Assembly: GCF_018350175.1 (NCBI RefSeq)
Contig: NC_058369.1
Coordinates: forward strand, 16,680,001 to 16,740,000
Length of the DNA stretch: 60,000 bases
Origin: Felis catus
Taxonomy: Eukaryota
Reading direction: 5' to 3'
This document shows positions 25,388 to 37,279 of this stretch, in pieces. Below the pieces are notes generated by a model. It made no database searches and was not told the origin of the DNA. It saw nothing but the letters and a program-made list of their open reading frames with translations. A program made the translations under genes and the position numbers. How positions within the stretch are numbered: the first letter of the stretch is position 1; each line of letters starts with the position of its first letter.

Positions 25388-27225
25388 CCTCCCCTATGCA
25401 CACGCACTTACCTCTCTCTCAAAAAATAAATAAATAAACATTAAAAAAAAAAGAAAAAAGAAAAAGGAAGGTTTGCCTGGAATGTCAAGAGAGAAATTCA
25501 TGGTGGTAGCCATGCAAATCACTTTGGTCCATCTTTTCTGTGATCCTGAAATGATTTATGCCAGTCAAAACAAGTTCACAACAATTTACAATAAGGAATA
25601 AAATTTTGGAAGCTCTTTCCTCAAAGCCAAAGACCTTTTGGTCCTCTTATTCAATATATATGATGACTTTAACCAATTGATCAAAATTAACCTCACCAAT
25701 AAGGGGACAAAGCAACATCTTGTGCCTCTTGTTACAGACTGAATGTTTATACCACCTCAAAACACATTTGTTTATCGCCACTGTAATGGTATTTAGAGGT
25801 GGGAAATTTTGGGAGGTAATTAGGTTTAGATGAAATCATGAGGGTAGAGCTCTCATGATGGTTTAGTGTCCTTATAAAAAGAGGAAGAGTGAGAAGACTC
25901 TCTCTACACAAATATATGTCTAGGAAAAGGCCATGTGAGCACACAGCAAAAAGATGGCTGCTTACAAACCAGGAAGAAGGCCTTCACCAGGAAGCAAATC
26001 TGCCAGCACCTTGATCTTGGTCTTCCCAGCCTCCAGAACCATAAGAAAGAAATGTCTGTTGTTTAAGACACTCGTGTATGGCATTTTGTTATAGCATCCC
26101 AGGCTGAATAAGACATGTCCTGATATGATGTACATGAAGAACATGACATCATTCCTGTGGTATTTCTGCCCAGAATGCAGAACTTGAACTTAAATCACAA
26201 GAAAACATCAGACAAACCTAAACTGAGGGACATTCAACCAAATAACTGGCCTGTACTCTTCAAAAATATCAAAATCATGGGGCGCCTGGGTGGCTCAGTT
26301 GGTTGGGCGTCTGACTTTGGCTCAGGTCATGATCTTGCAGTCTGTGAGTTCAAGCCCCATGTCAGGCTCTGTGCTGACAGCGCAGAGCCTGGAGCCTGCT
26401 TCAGATTCTGTCTCTATCTCTCTCTGCCCCTCCCCTGCTCTCACTGTGTCCCTCTCTCTCAAAAATAAAATAAAAACATAAAAAAAATTTTTTTTTAAAA
26501 ATCAAAATCACGAAACACAAGGAAAGACCCAGGAATTGTTCTAGATTAAAGGAGACATGGCACCTAAATGTGATGTGTAATCCTAGACTTGATCCTGGCC
26601 AGGGTGTGAGAGGAAAACAACTATAAAGGACACCATTAGGTCAACTGTCGAAAGTTACATATGGACCTTGGGTTAAATAATATTGTTGCATCATTGTTAA
26701 TTTTCCTCATTTCAACTACTATATCATGATTATGTAGGAGAATGTACTTGCTCTTTTTTTTTTTTAGTGTTTATTTTTGAGAGAGAGAGAGAGAGACACA
26801 GAGCGTGAGTGGGGGAGGGGCAGAGAGCAAGGGAGACACAGAATCTGAAGCAGGTTTCAGGCTCTGAGCCGTCAGCACAGAGCCCAACGAAGGGCTCGAA
26901 CTCACAAGCCGTGAGATCATGACCTGAGCTGAAGTTGGACACTTAACTGCCTGAGCCACCCAGGCACCCTGAGAAGGTACTTGTTCTTAAAAAGTAAGCA
27001 CTGAAATATTTAGGAGTAAAAAACCAAGAGAATGACATGTTCTAAAATTCACTGTGGTTGTGGTTGCATTTAACTGTGGATATATGAAAAAACCACTGGT
27101 TGTATACTATAAATGGGCGAATTGTATGGTATTTAAATTATATCTCAAAGGTTTTTTTTTTAATGGTTATTTATTTATTTATTTGAGAGAGAAAGAGAGA
27201 GAGTGTCAGCAGGGGAGGGGCAGAG

Positions 27226-27260
<35 letters not shown>

Positions 27261-30200
27261 CTCAAGCAGGCCTTGAGCCATCAATAGGAAATCTTATGTG
27301 GTGTTCAACCCCACATACCACAAGATTGTGACCTGAGCCAAAATCAAGAGTCAGACACTCAACTGAATAAGCCACCCAGATGACCCCCTTTGTTTCTTTT
27401 TATTTTTATTCTCTCTTTTAGGGTTATGATTAGATGTATGTTAGACTTTCTCATTATGTCCTGTGTATCTCCTAAAGTCTGTCATTTCTTCTAGCCTCTC
27501 ACCTCTCTATGCTGTAATTTGGGTAATTTTGTTACATTCCTATTTCAGTTTATTAATGCCCTCTTCAGCTGTATCTAGTCAGCCATATCTAAAAACTGTA
27601 CTTGGTTTTTCTTCAAATCTGCTTGGTCATTTTTAATAAACTCTTATTTCATGCCCTTTAGAAAAAGGATAAGTCTCCAATATCCTTTCGTGATAAAAAT
27701 ACTCAGTGAACTAGGTACAGAAGAGAGCTTTTTCACCCTGATAGAAGAAAGGTTCTAAGAATAAACTTCAAAGTGTGCTACTCAGAGTGTGTTCCCTGGA
27801 CCAGCCACATCAGCATCATCTGGGAGCTTATCAGAAATGCAGAATCTCAGGCTCCACCCCAGGGCTGCTGCATCAGACTCTATTCTAACAGCCTGGTGAT
27901 TCATGTGTACTGCGCAGAGTGAGAAGTTCTGCTATAAGGCTCTTCTTTTTTTTTTTCTAGGAAAACCCCATAGCCAACATTATACTTAATGGCGAAGGAA
28001 TGAACACCTTCCCCCTAAGGTCAGGAACAAGACAAAGATGGCGACTTTCATCTCTTATTTCAACATCGTACTAGAGGTTCCAGCCAGGCAAAGCAGGTGA
28101 GAAAAAGATATAAAAGGCATTGGATTGGAAAGAAAGAAGTAAAACTACTTGTATTTGTATATGACATGATCTCCTATATAGAGATAATCCTAAGGAATCC
28201 ACTAAAGAACTATTAAAATTAATAAATTAGTTTAGCAAGGTGGTAGAATACCACATCATTACACAAAAATCGGGGGCACCTGGGTGGCCCAGTCAGTTAA
28301 GTGTCCAACTTCGGCTTAAGTGTCTGACTTCGGCTCAGGTAATGATCTCACGGTTTGTGAGTTTGAGCCCTGTGTTGGGCTCTGTGCTGATCTGTGCTGA
28401 CAGCTGGGAGCCTGGAGCCTGCCTCGGATTCTGTGTCTCCCTCTCTCTCTGCCCCTCCCCTGATCACGCTTTCTCTCTCTCTCTCAAAAAAACATTAAAA
28501 AAAAATTTTTTTTAGAAAAAAAATCAATTGTATTTCTATACACATGCAATGAACAATCCAAAAGTGAAATTTAAAATACAATTCAATTCATAATAGGGGT
28601 GCCTAGTGGCTCAGTTGGTTAAGTGTCCAACTCTTGGTTTCAGCTCAGGTCATGATCTCACAGTTTGTGAGTTCAAGTCGCGATTCAGGCTCTGCACTGA
28701 CAGTGCAGACAAGGGATTCTCTGTCTCCCTCTCTCTGTCCCTCCCCCGCTCTCTCACTCTCTCTCAAAAATAAATAAATATTTTAATAAACAAAATTCCA
28801 TTCATAATAGCATCAAAAAGAATAAAATACTTAGGGGCACCTGGGTAGCTCAGTCGGTTAAGCATCTGACTTCGGCTCAGGTCATGATCTCACGGTTTGT
28901 GAGTTCGAGCCCCGTGTTGGGCTCTGTGCTGACAGCTTGGAGCCTGGAGCCTGCTCCGGATTCTGTGTCTCCTTCTCTCTCTGCCCCTCCCCAACTTGTG
29001 CTCTGTCTCTCTATGTCTCTCAAAAAATAAATAAATGTAAAAAAAATTTTTTTTTAAAAGAATAAAATACTTAGGAATAAACTTTTTTAAAAAAAGTACA
29101 AAACTTATACTCTGAAAAGTACAATTATACTGAAAGAAATTAAAGACCTAAATAAATAGAAAGATAGCCTATGTTCATAGATTTGAAGACAATGTTAAGA
29201 TGTCAATATTCCCCAAAGCAACTGATAGATTCAACACAACCCCTATCCCAGCTGGCTTCTTTGCATAAACTGACAAGCTGGTCTGAAAATTTGTTTGGAA
29301 ATACAAGGAACCCAGAATAGTCAAAACAGTCTTTTTTTTTTTTTTTAAATTTTTTTTTCAACGTTTATTTATTTTTGGGACAGGGAGAGACAGAGCATGA
29401 ACGAGGGAGGGGCAGAGAGAGAGGGAGACACAGAATCGGAAACAGGCTCCAGGCTCTGAGCCATCAGCCCAGAGCCCGACGCGGGGCTCGAACTCACGGA
29501 CCGAGAGATCGTGACCTGGCTGAAGTCGGACGCTTAACCGACTGCGCCACCCAGGTGCCCCAAGACAGTCTTAAAAAAGAACAAAGGTGGATAATTTCTA
29601 TTTTGTAATTTCAAAACTAACTACAAATCTACAGCAACCAACACAGTATAGTACTGGCATAATGACATACAGATCAATGGAATAGACCTGAGAGTCCAAA
29701 AATTAAAACCTCACATTTCTGGTCAACTGAATTTTAACAAGGGTAACAAGATAATTCGAAAAAGAATGAATTTTTTTTCAACAATTGGCACTGGGAAAAC
29801 TGGATATCCACCTGCAAGAGAATAAAGTTGGACCCCTGCCTCATACCATGTGCCCCCTCCACTGAGCCCAGCAGGGGCAGGCCTCTTTATGGCCAAAGCA
29901 GGAAATTCCTACATGGTGGTCACAGTCAAATGATCTTTGAGGCTGGGCTATCTAGGCCTACTTGCCCCTACTCAATTCTCTCCCAAATGCTCTGGGAGAG
30001 CCCTGCCTCCCCACAGAGAGATTTTCATGGACAACCCTGAGTGAGCTCTTTGGAGTCAGGTAGTGGGGTCAAGGGGGACAGCTTGGCCAGGGTCTCCTTC
30101 CCCAGCCAAAGTGGTTGCGTTCCAGCAAACTTTTTCAGAGAGGCAGGGCCCTGTCCACTGATCTGGGCATCCCTCCAGGGGCCAGGGTTAATAAAGCTTG

Positions 30201-31141
30201 ATGCTCACAGCACAAAGCTAAATGGCTAAATTTAGCTCCCATCCTCTCCTCTGCTGAGGGAATTGGACCAGGCAGCTGGAGTGGGCAGGAGAACCTGCTC
30301 CAAACCACCACTAATTAGGCCAGGAATGTACATTTAACCCAAGAAGAGTCATCTAGGCTTTCCCTCTGGAGAGACACAAAGTAAGTAGTCAGGTGATATA
30401 CTGGACATTGGAGCTGGGAAGTCTCAGAAAATAGGAGCCAGACTGGGGGCAAAGACTGGGGCTAAAATGGAGAAGTGAGTGGGAAGAACAGATAGGGGAA
30501 GGAGTAGACCTCAGGAAGAAGCTCAGGGACAGAGAGAGGCCTGGAGGGAGAGGAGCCGGAGGCTGTTTCCTGCAGATGAGCTCTGTGGCCTGCTACTCAA
30601 AGTGTGATCTCGGACGAGCAGCATGGGCATCATCTGAGCCTTATTAGAAATGTGGAATCTCAGGCTCCACCCTAGACATGCTACGTCTGAATCTGCAATC
30701 TAACAAGTCAGTACAGATGTCAGCTTAACTATAAGTGTAAAGAGAATGAATTCAATAAGGAGAGGACTTAATTATGACACAAAATCCAGAAGCCAAGTAA
30801 GAAAAGACTAATACACTTGATTTCATAAAAATCAACAGAATAACTACAAAAAAATAGGTAAAGACAAATGACAAACAGGGAAAAATATTTTCAATTCATA
30901 TCATAAAGAGCCAATCTCCCCAGTATATCAAGACTTCCTACAAATTAATAAGAATAAAGACCAATATACAATAGAAAAATAGGGGCGCCTGGGTGGCTCA
31001 ATCGGTTAAGCATCTGACTTTGGCTCAGGTCATATCATGGTTCATGAGTTTGAGCCCCTCATTGGGCTGTGTGCTGACAGCTCTCAGCCTGGAGCCTACT
31101 TCAGATTCTGTGTCTCCTTCTCTCTCTCTGCCCCTCCCTCA

Positions 31142-31174
<33 letters not shown>

Positions 31175-33412
31175 TTAAAAAAGAATAGGCAGAAATATGA
31201 ACAGGCAATTTATAGGAAAAGAAAATAAAATGGCCCTTAAATATATGAGGAGAAGCTCAACTTCACTCATAATAAGAGAAATGTAAAATAGAATACCTGA
31301 GAGACCATTTTTCACCTTTTAGACTGGAAAAAAAACAAAAAGCAGGATAATACATCTTGTAGTGAGGCTGTGGGGGTACAGATGGGTCCAGCTCTAGGCA
31401 GGCGATTTGGCACCATCCATTAAAAGTACACATGTCCTCTTCTCTAAAGAAGACATCCGGATGGCCAACAGGCACATGAAAAGATGTTCAACGTCACTCC
31501 TTATCAGGGAAATACAAACCAAAACCACACTCAGATATCACCTCACGCCAGTCAGAGTGGCCAAAATGAACAAATCAGGAGACTATAGATGCTGGAGAGG
31601 ATGTGGAGAAACAGGAATCCTCTTGCACTGCTGGTGGGAATGCAAATTGATTCAGCCACTCTGGAAAACAGTGTGGAGGTTCCTCAAAAAATTAAAAATA
31701 GACCTACCCTATGACCCAGCAATAGCACTGCTAGGAATTTACCCAAGGGATACAGGAGTACCGATGCATAGGGGCACTTGTACCCCAATGTTTATAGCAG
31801 CACTCTCAACAATAGCCAAATTATTCAAAGAGCCTAAATGTCCATCAACTGATGAATGGATAAAGAAATTGTGGTTTATATATACAATGGAGTACTACGT
31901 GGCAATGAGAAAGAATGAAATATGGCCCTTTGTAGCAACATGGATGGAATTGGAGAGTGTTATGCTAAATGAAATAAGCCATACAGAGAAAGACAGATAC
32001 CATATGGTTTCACTCTTATGTGGATCCTGAGAAACTTAACAGAAACCCATGGGGGAGGGGAAGGGAAAAAAAAAAAAAGAGGTTAGAGTGGGAGAGAGCC
32101 AAAGCATAAGAGACTGTTAAAAACTGAGAACAAACTGAGGGTTGATGGGGGGTGGGAGGGAGGGGAGGGTGGGTGATGGGTATTGAGGAGGGCACCTTTT
32201 GGGATGAGCACTGAGTGTTGTATGGAAACCAATTTGACAATAAATTTCACGTATTGAAAAAAAAAAAAAAGTACACATGTCCTGGGGCGCCTGGGTGGCT
32301 CAGTTGGTTAAGCGGCCGACTTCATCTCAGGTCATGATCTCACGGTTTGTGAGTTCGAGCCCCGCATTGGGCTCAGTGCTGACAGCTCAGAGCCTGGAGC
32401 GTGTTTCAGAATCTGTGTCTCCCTCTCTCTGACCCTCCCCCGTTCATGCTCTGTCTCTCTCTGTCTCAAAAATAAATCAACGTTAAAAAAAAAAAAAAAT
32501 TAAAAAAAAAAAAAAGTACACATGCCCTAGGGTGCCTGGGTGGCTTAGTCGGTTAAGCATCTGACTTCTGCTCAGGTCATGACCTCATGATTTGTTGGTT
32601 CAAGCCCTGCGTCGGGCTCTGTGCTGAAGGCTCAGAGCCTGGAGCCTGCTTCAGATTCTGTGTCTCCCTCTCTCTCTGCCCCTCCCCCACTTGTGCTCTG
32701 TCTCTCCAAAATAAATAAATGTAAAAAAAAAAAAAAAAGTTTGAAAAAAGTACACATGTCCTTGGGGTGCCTGGATGGCTCAGTCAGTTGAGCGCCTGAC
32801 TTGATTTCAGCTCAGATCATGAGATCGAGGACTGTGTTGGGCTCTGCACTGAGTGTGGAGCCTGTTTAAAATTCTCTCTCTTCCTCTCCCTCTGCCCCTC
32901 CCTAGCTTGCACAGGCATTCTCAAAAAAAAAAAAAAAAAAAAGTATACGTCTTTGTGACCAAGAAATGCACTTCTACAAACTTCTCTCTCACATATATTC
33001 ACTCATATGTGAATTCACATTTCTACAAGGTTAATCATCACAATATTTGTATTGTAAAGAAATGGAATCACCTAAATGTTCCTCAATATGAGATGGGTTA
33101 AATAAATTTTGATACATCCTCACAATGGAGTACCACTATACAGCTATAAAAAAAAAAAAAAAAAGAAAACAAGCAGCTATGAGTTGACATAGAATGATCT
33201 TCAGGATACACTGTTAAGTGCAAAAAGCCAAGATATAGCACAATGTGCAAGGGGAACAGTAGAAACAAGTGACAGTGTTTCCCTGTCAGAGCGGGTTGGT
33301 GGGAACTGGATGGATGGGGACTGGGTATTTGTATTTATATTTTGTGTGTGTATGTATGTGTGTGTATATATATACACATATATATATATGTATATATACA
33401 TATATACATATA

Positions 33413-33443
<31 letters not shown>

Positions 33444-33490
33444 TTGACAGAGAGAAAGAGTGTGAGCAGGGGAGGGGCACTGGGGCTGGT

Positions 33491-33558
<68 letters not shown>

Positions 33559-36500
33559 CTTAAGCAGGTTCCACACTGGACGTGGAGCCCAACACAGGGC
33601 TCGATCCCTCAACCCTGGGATCTTGACCTGAGCTGAAATCTAGTCAGACACTTAACCAGCTGAGCCACCCAGGTGCCCTGTATTTATGTATCTTACATGA
33701 TGAGCTCTCTTAAGCAGTCCCCCATGTGCACCTGCCACTTGCGTATAGGAGCCTGTGGGCACAGAGAAGTACACAGCACACAGGCCCTCTGTGTTCTGGC
33801 TCCAGACTGAGCCTCAGTAGACCGAACCCTTCTGCTCCAGCCCAAGCTGCTCAGGGAGGAGAGTGCAGGTCCACCCCATGGCCAACACCTGGTCTAGCTT
33901 TGCCTCAGCTGCATGTGGTCCTCTGTCCCCTGCCTCCTCTTCATGGTCCCCATGGAGACATTGTCCCCAGCAGGCAGACCCTGTCCTGGGCTACGAGCCA
34001 CACGTGGACCAGCTTAGCTCCCAATAGCCATGTCCAGGCCTGGCCATGGTCTGTGGGGCTCCTATTGGTTCCCAGGACTCTGGTGTCAGCAGGAGATCCC
34101 AGTGACTCCAGGTGACTCTGTATTTCCCGCGGCTGGCATATTCCTTCTTTGTCTTTTCAAAGTAGGAAGTGTGATTTTGGATGTCCCAGTAATGTGGCCC
34201 CCGAGGCCTCACCTTCCTGGAGACATGAACCCCCAAGTTACCTTCTGTTCTGTCTTGACTTTGGCATTGTAGAAGGCGACGGAGTCAGGGCCCTCGGGCA
34301 GCAGTACCTGCTGCAGCTGGCTGAACTTGTCCTGGGCATCTTCTCCCTATAAGAGGCTCAACTCAGTACAGTCCCTTCAGCCTGGCACTGTCGAGATCGA
34401 CCCTGACACGGCCTGTGGGGGGCATCAGGGCAGCCCCTCGCAGGGTTGGCAAACCCCTGCGCAAGGTAGCTCACGACCCCCAGCCCCAAGTTTGCCAGAC
34501 ACTCTGCAACTGCCTTCGGGGCAGGATGAGCCGCCCCAGAGAGGTGACGGCAGCAAGTGATGTTTCCTGGGTCCGCATCTTCTCGATACCTGGGGAGAGA
34601 CCTATACCTGTCTGTTTGCCTGGGTCCACCATGGGCGAGGCCAGGAGCAGCCTGTACACTGCCATGTTCGCGGAGAAAAGAGAGGATGAAGGGCGCTGCG
34701 CACTCACTACCCCGTGCTCGTCCATTAGCCCCACTCCTGCCCTTGTGCCACTCACCAGGGACATGATCCTGCTGACGGGCACCATGCCTGGCCGGATGCT
34801 GCCGCCTGGCTTCAGTGCCACTTGTAGGTCCTCGGGGATGAAGAAGGACTCGTTGTACCAGATATCAAATTCTGCAAGCAGGCAGGCAGACGGCACTGTG
34901 AGCTGTGGGGGCGTCTCTGAGGGAGCACTTACAGCCTATGTGTGCAGGTCACAGGCTCGCCCTCTGTTCACTTCCTGTCCCAGGGTCTCACCCTTTCCTA
35001 TCTCCCTCCCCTGCCCTCGGAGTGTTTTTTTTTTTTTTTTTTAAAGTTTGTTTGTTTGTTTGTTTAGAGAGAGGGAGAGAGAGAATCCCAAACAGGCCCC
35101 CCACTGACGAGAGGCTCAAATTCATGAATTGCGAGATCATGACCTGAGCCAAAAACTGACAGAGCCACCCAGGCGCCCCTCTTGGAAATACTTCTGAAGC
35201 CCCTGTCCAGCCCCAGCCTCTGTCAGAGAGACGCTCTGAAGCCACTTCTAGAACCCAGGTGGTGGTCTTGCCCTCTGTCTCCCAGGACCTCAGGTGGCCA
35301 GCCGACCTTCCCAAATGGCACACCTGTGAGCAGGCGGTGACGACACTGATCCACCAAGTGCTGGCAGTACTGGATCTCTGCCCTGAGGTCTCGCAAGTCC
35401 TGATACTCAGTACGGTACTGCTTCTTGAGGTCTTTGAGCTTCAGGATCAGCAGGAATTCCTCCTCATCGATGATCATCAGCCCCTTGTTCTCATACTCAC
35501 CTGCAGGGACACAGGAGGTCAGAGAATGAGGTGCTCACTTGGGGTGTGGGGAGGAAGGTATTCTGGAAGGACAGAACAAAGTGCTGGCAAAGCCTGAAGA
35601 CCAGAAACCAGAGGAAAGGCTGGGGTGTGGTGTGCGGGTGGATAAAGCACCTGGACTTGCCAGGCGACCAGGACATATGTGGAAGAGGGAACTCAGGCCG
35701 GAGGGGCCACACTGGCACCTTTAAGAACAGGTGGGGGTGCCTGGGTGCCTCAGTCGGTTATGCATCCGACTTCGGCTGAGGTCATGGTCTCACAGTCCCT
35801 GGGTTCAAGCCCCGCCTTGGGCTCTGTGCTGACAGCTCGGAGCCTGGAGCCTGCTTCAGATTCTGTGTCTCCCTCTCTCCCTCTCTTCCCCTCCCCCGCT
35901 CATGCCCTGTCTCTCTCTCTCTCTCTCTCAAAAAATAATTAAAAAAAAAAAAAAAAAGAACAAGAGGGGTGGCAGAGGAGAGGGTAGAGATGGCCCATGT
36001 TTCACTCTTACGTTGACCTTAAACCTCAGTGGCCAAAGATAATTTAGTAAGCACCTGGATTAAATGGATGTTTTCCTTTTTTGTAAGCTATATATATGAA
36101 CTGCCAGCACTTGGGCAAGGTTCCCTATTAATAACAGTGGCTGTAAATCTGTATCACGTCGAGTGGCTGTCAGAAGCTCCAGGAGGAGAGGGGTCAGTTG
36201 CGCTGTTCGTCAGCTCTACTCACGGTCTCTGCATGACCTTCGAAGGTCTGTCAGTTGACGGGGGTTGCTGAGTTAAGACAACATAACATGGTCTGTGGAG
36301 TCACGCACCTCAGCCACTGCCACTGCCCACAGCACCTTGAAAGCTCAATATAGGCATCATGTCAACCCCACCAGGGAGTGTGGGGCTTCCACCCCAGGAC
36401 CCCTGGAAAGTGAGTCCTGCGTGCGACTGAGGTGTGTGGCGGGGGTGTGCGAGGCAGTCTCCAGGTGCCCTTCCGCTGAAGTTTACTGCAGAAAAGTTAA

Positions 36501-37240
36501 GACGCTGTCACAGACACCACATATGGAAAGGCAACTGGGACCTTGAATTGGTCCCAATTCAAAGAGTCTGAGTTGGGGGGTACAGTGTGGAGTGACCTGG
36601 TCCGTGTACTGTGGGCAGTCCCCAGTGTGGTCACTGTGACAGACACAAATCCTTTATAAAGTCTTTACAGTATTCTATTTCACAGAGTCTTTACGGTATT
36701 CTGTTGACATGGGGAGGGACTGTGAGCACCCTGTGTCCCACTGCGGGGGAGGGGGGTTCTCTGATTATCTGCAAGGAAAACACTTCAACCTAAAATGATT
36801 TTTCAGGGGCACCTGGGTGGCTCAGTCAGTTAAGCATCCCACTCTTGGTTATGGCTCAGGTCACGATCTTACAGTTCATGGGATAGAGCCCCGTGTCGGG
36901 GTCTGCGCTGACAGCATGGAGCCTGCTTGGGATTCTCTCTCTCTCCCTCTCCCTCTGCCCCTACCTTGCTTGCGCATTCTCTGTCTCTCAAAATAAACAT
37001 TTTTTTAAAAATTAAAATGATTTTTCATTTTTCTTTCACAAAACACTAATCAACATGCCAAATTTGCTGACCTTCTGGGCCAATAAGTGGCTATCAATCA
37101 AAATGAATCAAAAAATGAATTCAGTTGATCTATTTCCTCAAGATAAAAGTATTTTATTTGGTATTTTAACAACCAATGGGAAAACAAGTGATGTTGGGGG
37201 TAAGAGCAAAAATGTTTTCTTTGGTACTGATAGATAAAAT

Positions 37241-37279
<39 letters not shown>

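Larger units (their letters stand above)
30740..33260 (+). mobile_element. Old L1ME-like 3' fragment hosting a SINE (about 30982-31180) and the 31439-32940 insertion stack
   Basis: aaagacaaatgacaaacagggaaaaatattt; gagaccatttttcacct; ggatacactgttaagtgcaaaaagc. Confidence 0.7.

Noticed and set aside
31407..32030. 207-aa ORF with a Cys/His motif
   Set aside because: It is the L1 ORF2 C-terminus of a truncated insertion, not a host gene.
31422..32954. Repeat-spacer-like pattern of a 17-bp direct repeat, superficially CRISPR-like
   Set aside because: Eukaryotic DNA; the spacers are whole retrotransposons and the repeats are target-site duplications.
34415..35044. 209-aa plus-strand ORF
   Set aside because: Antisense shadow of a KIF9 exon that ends in a SINE poly(T).
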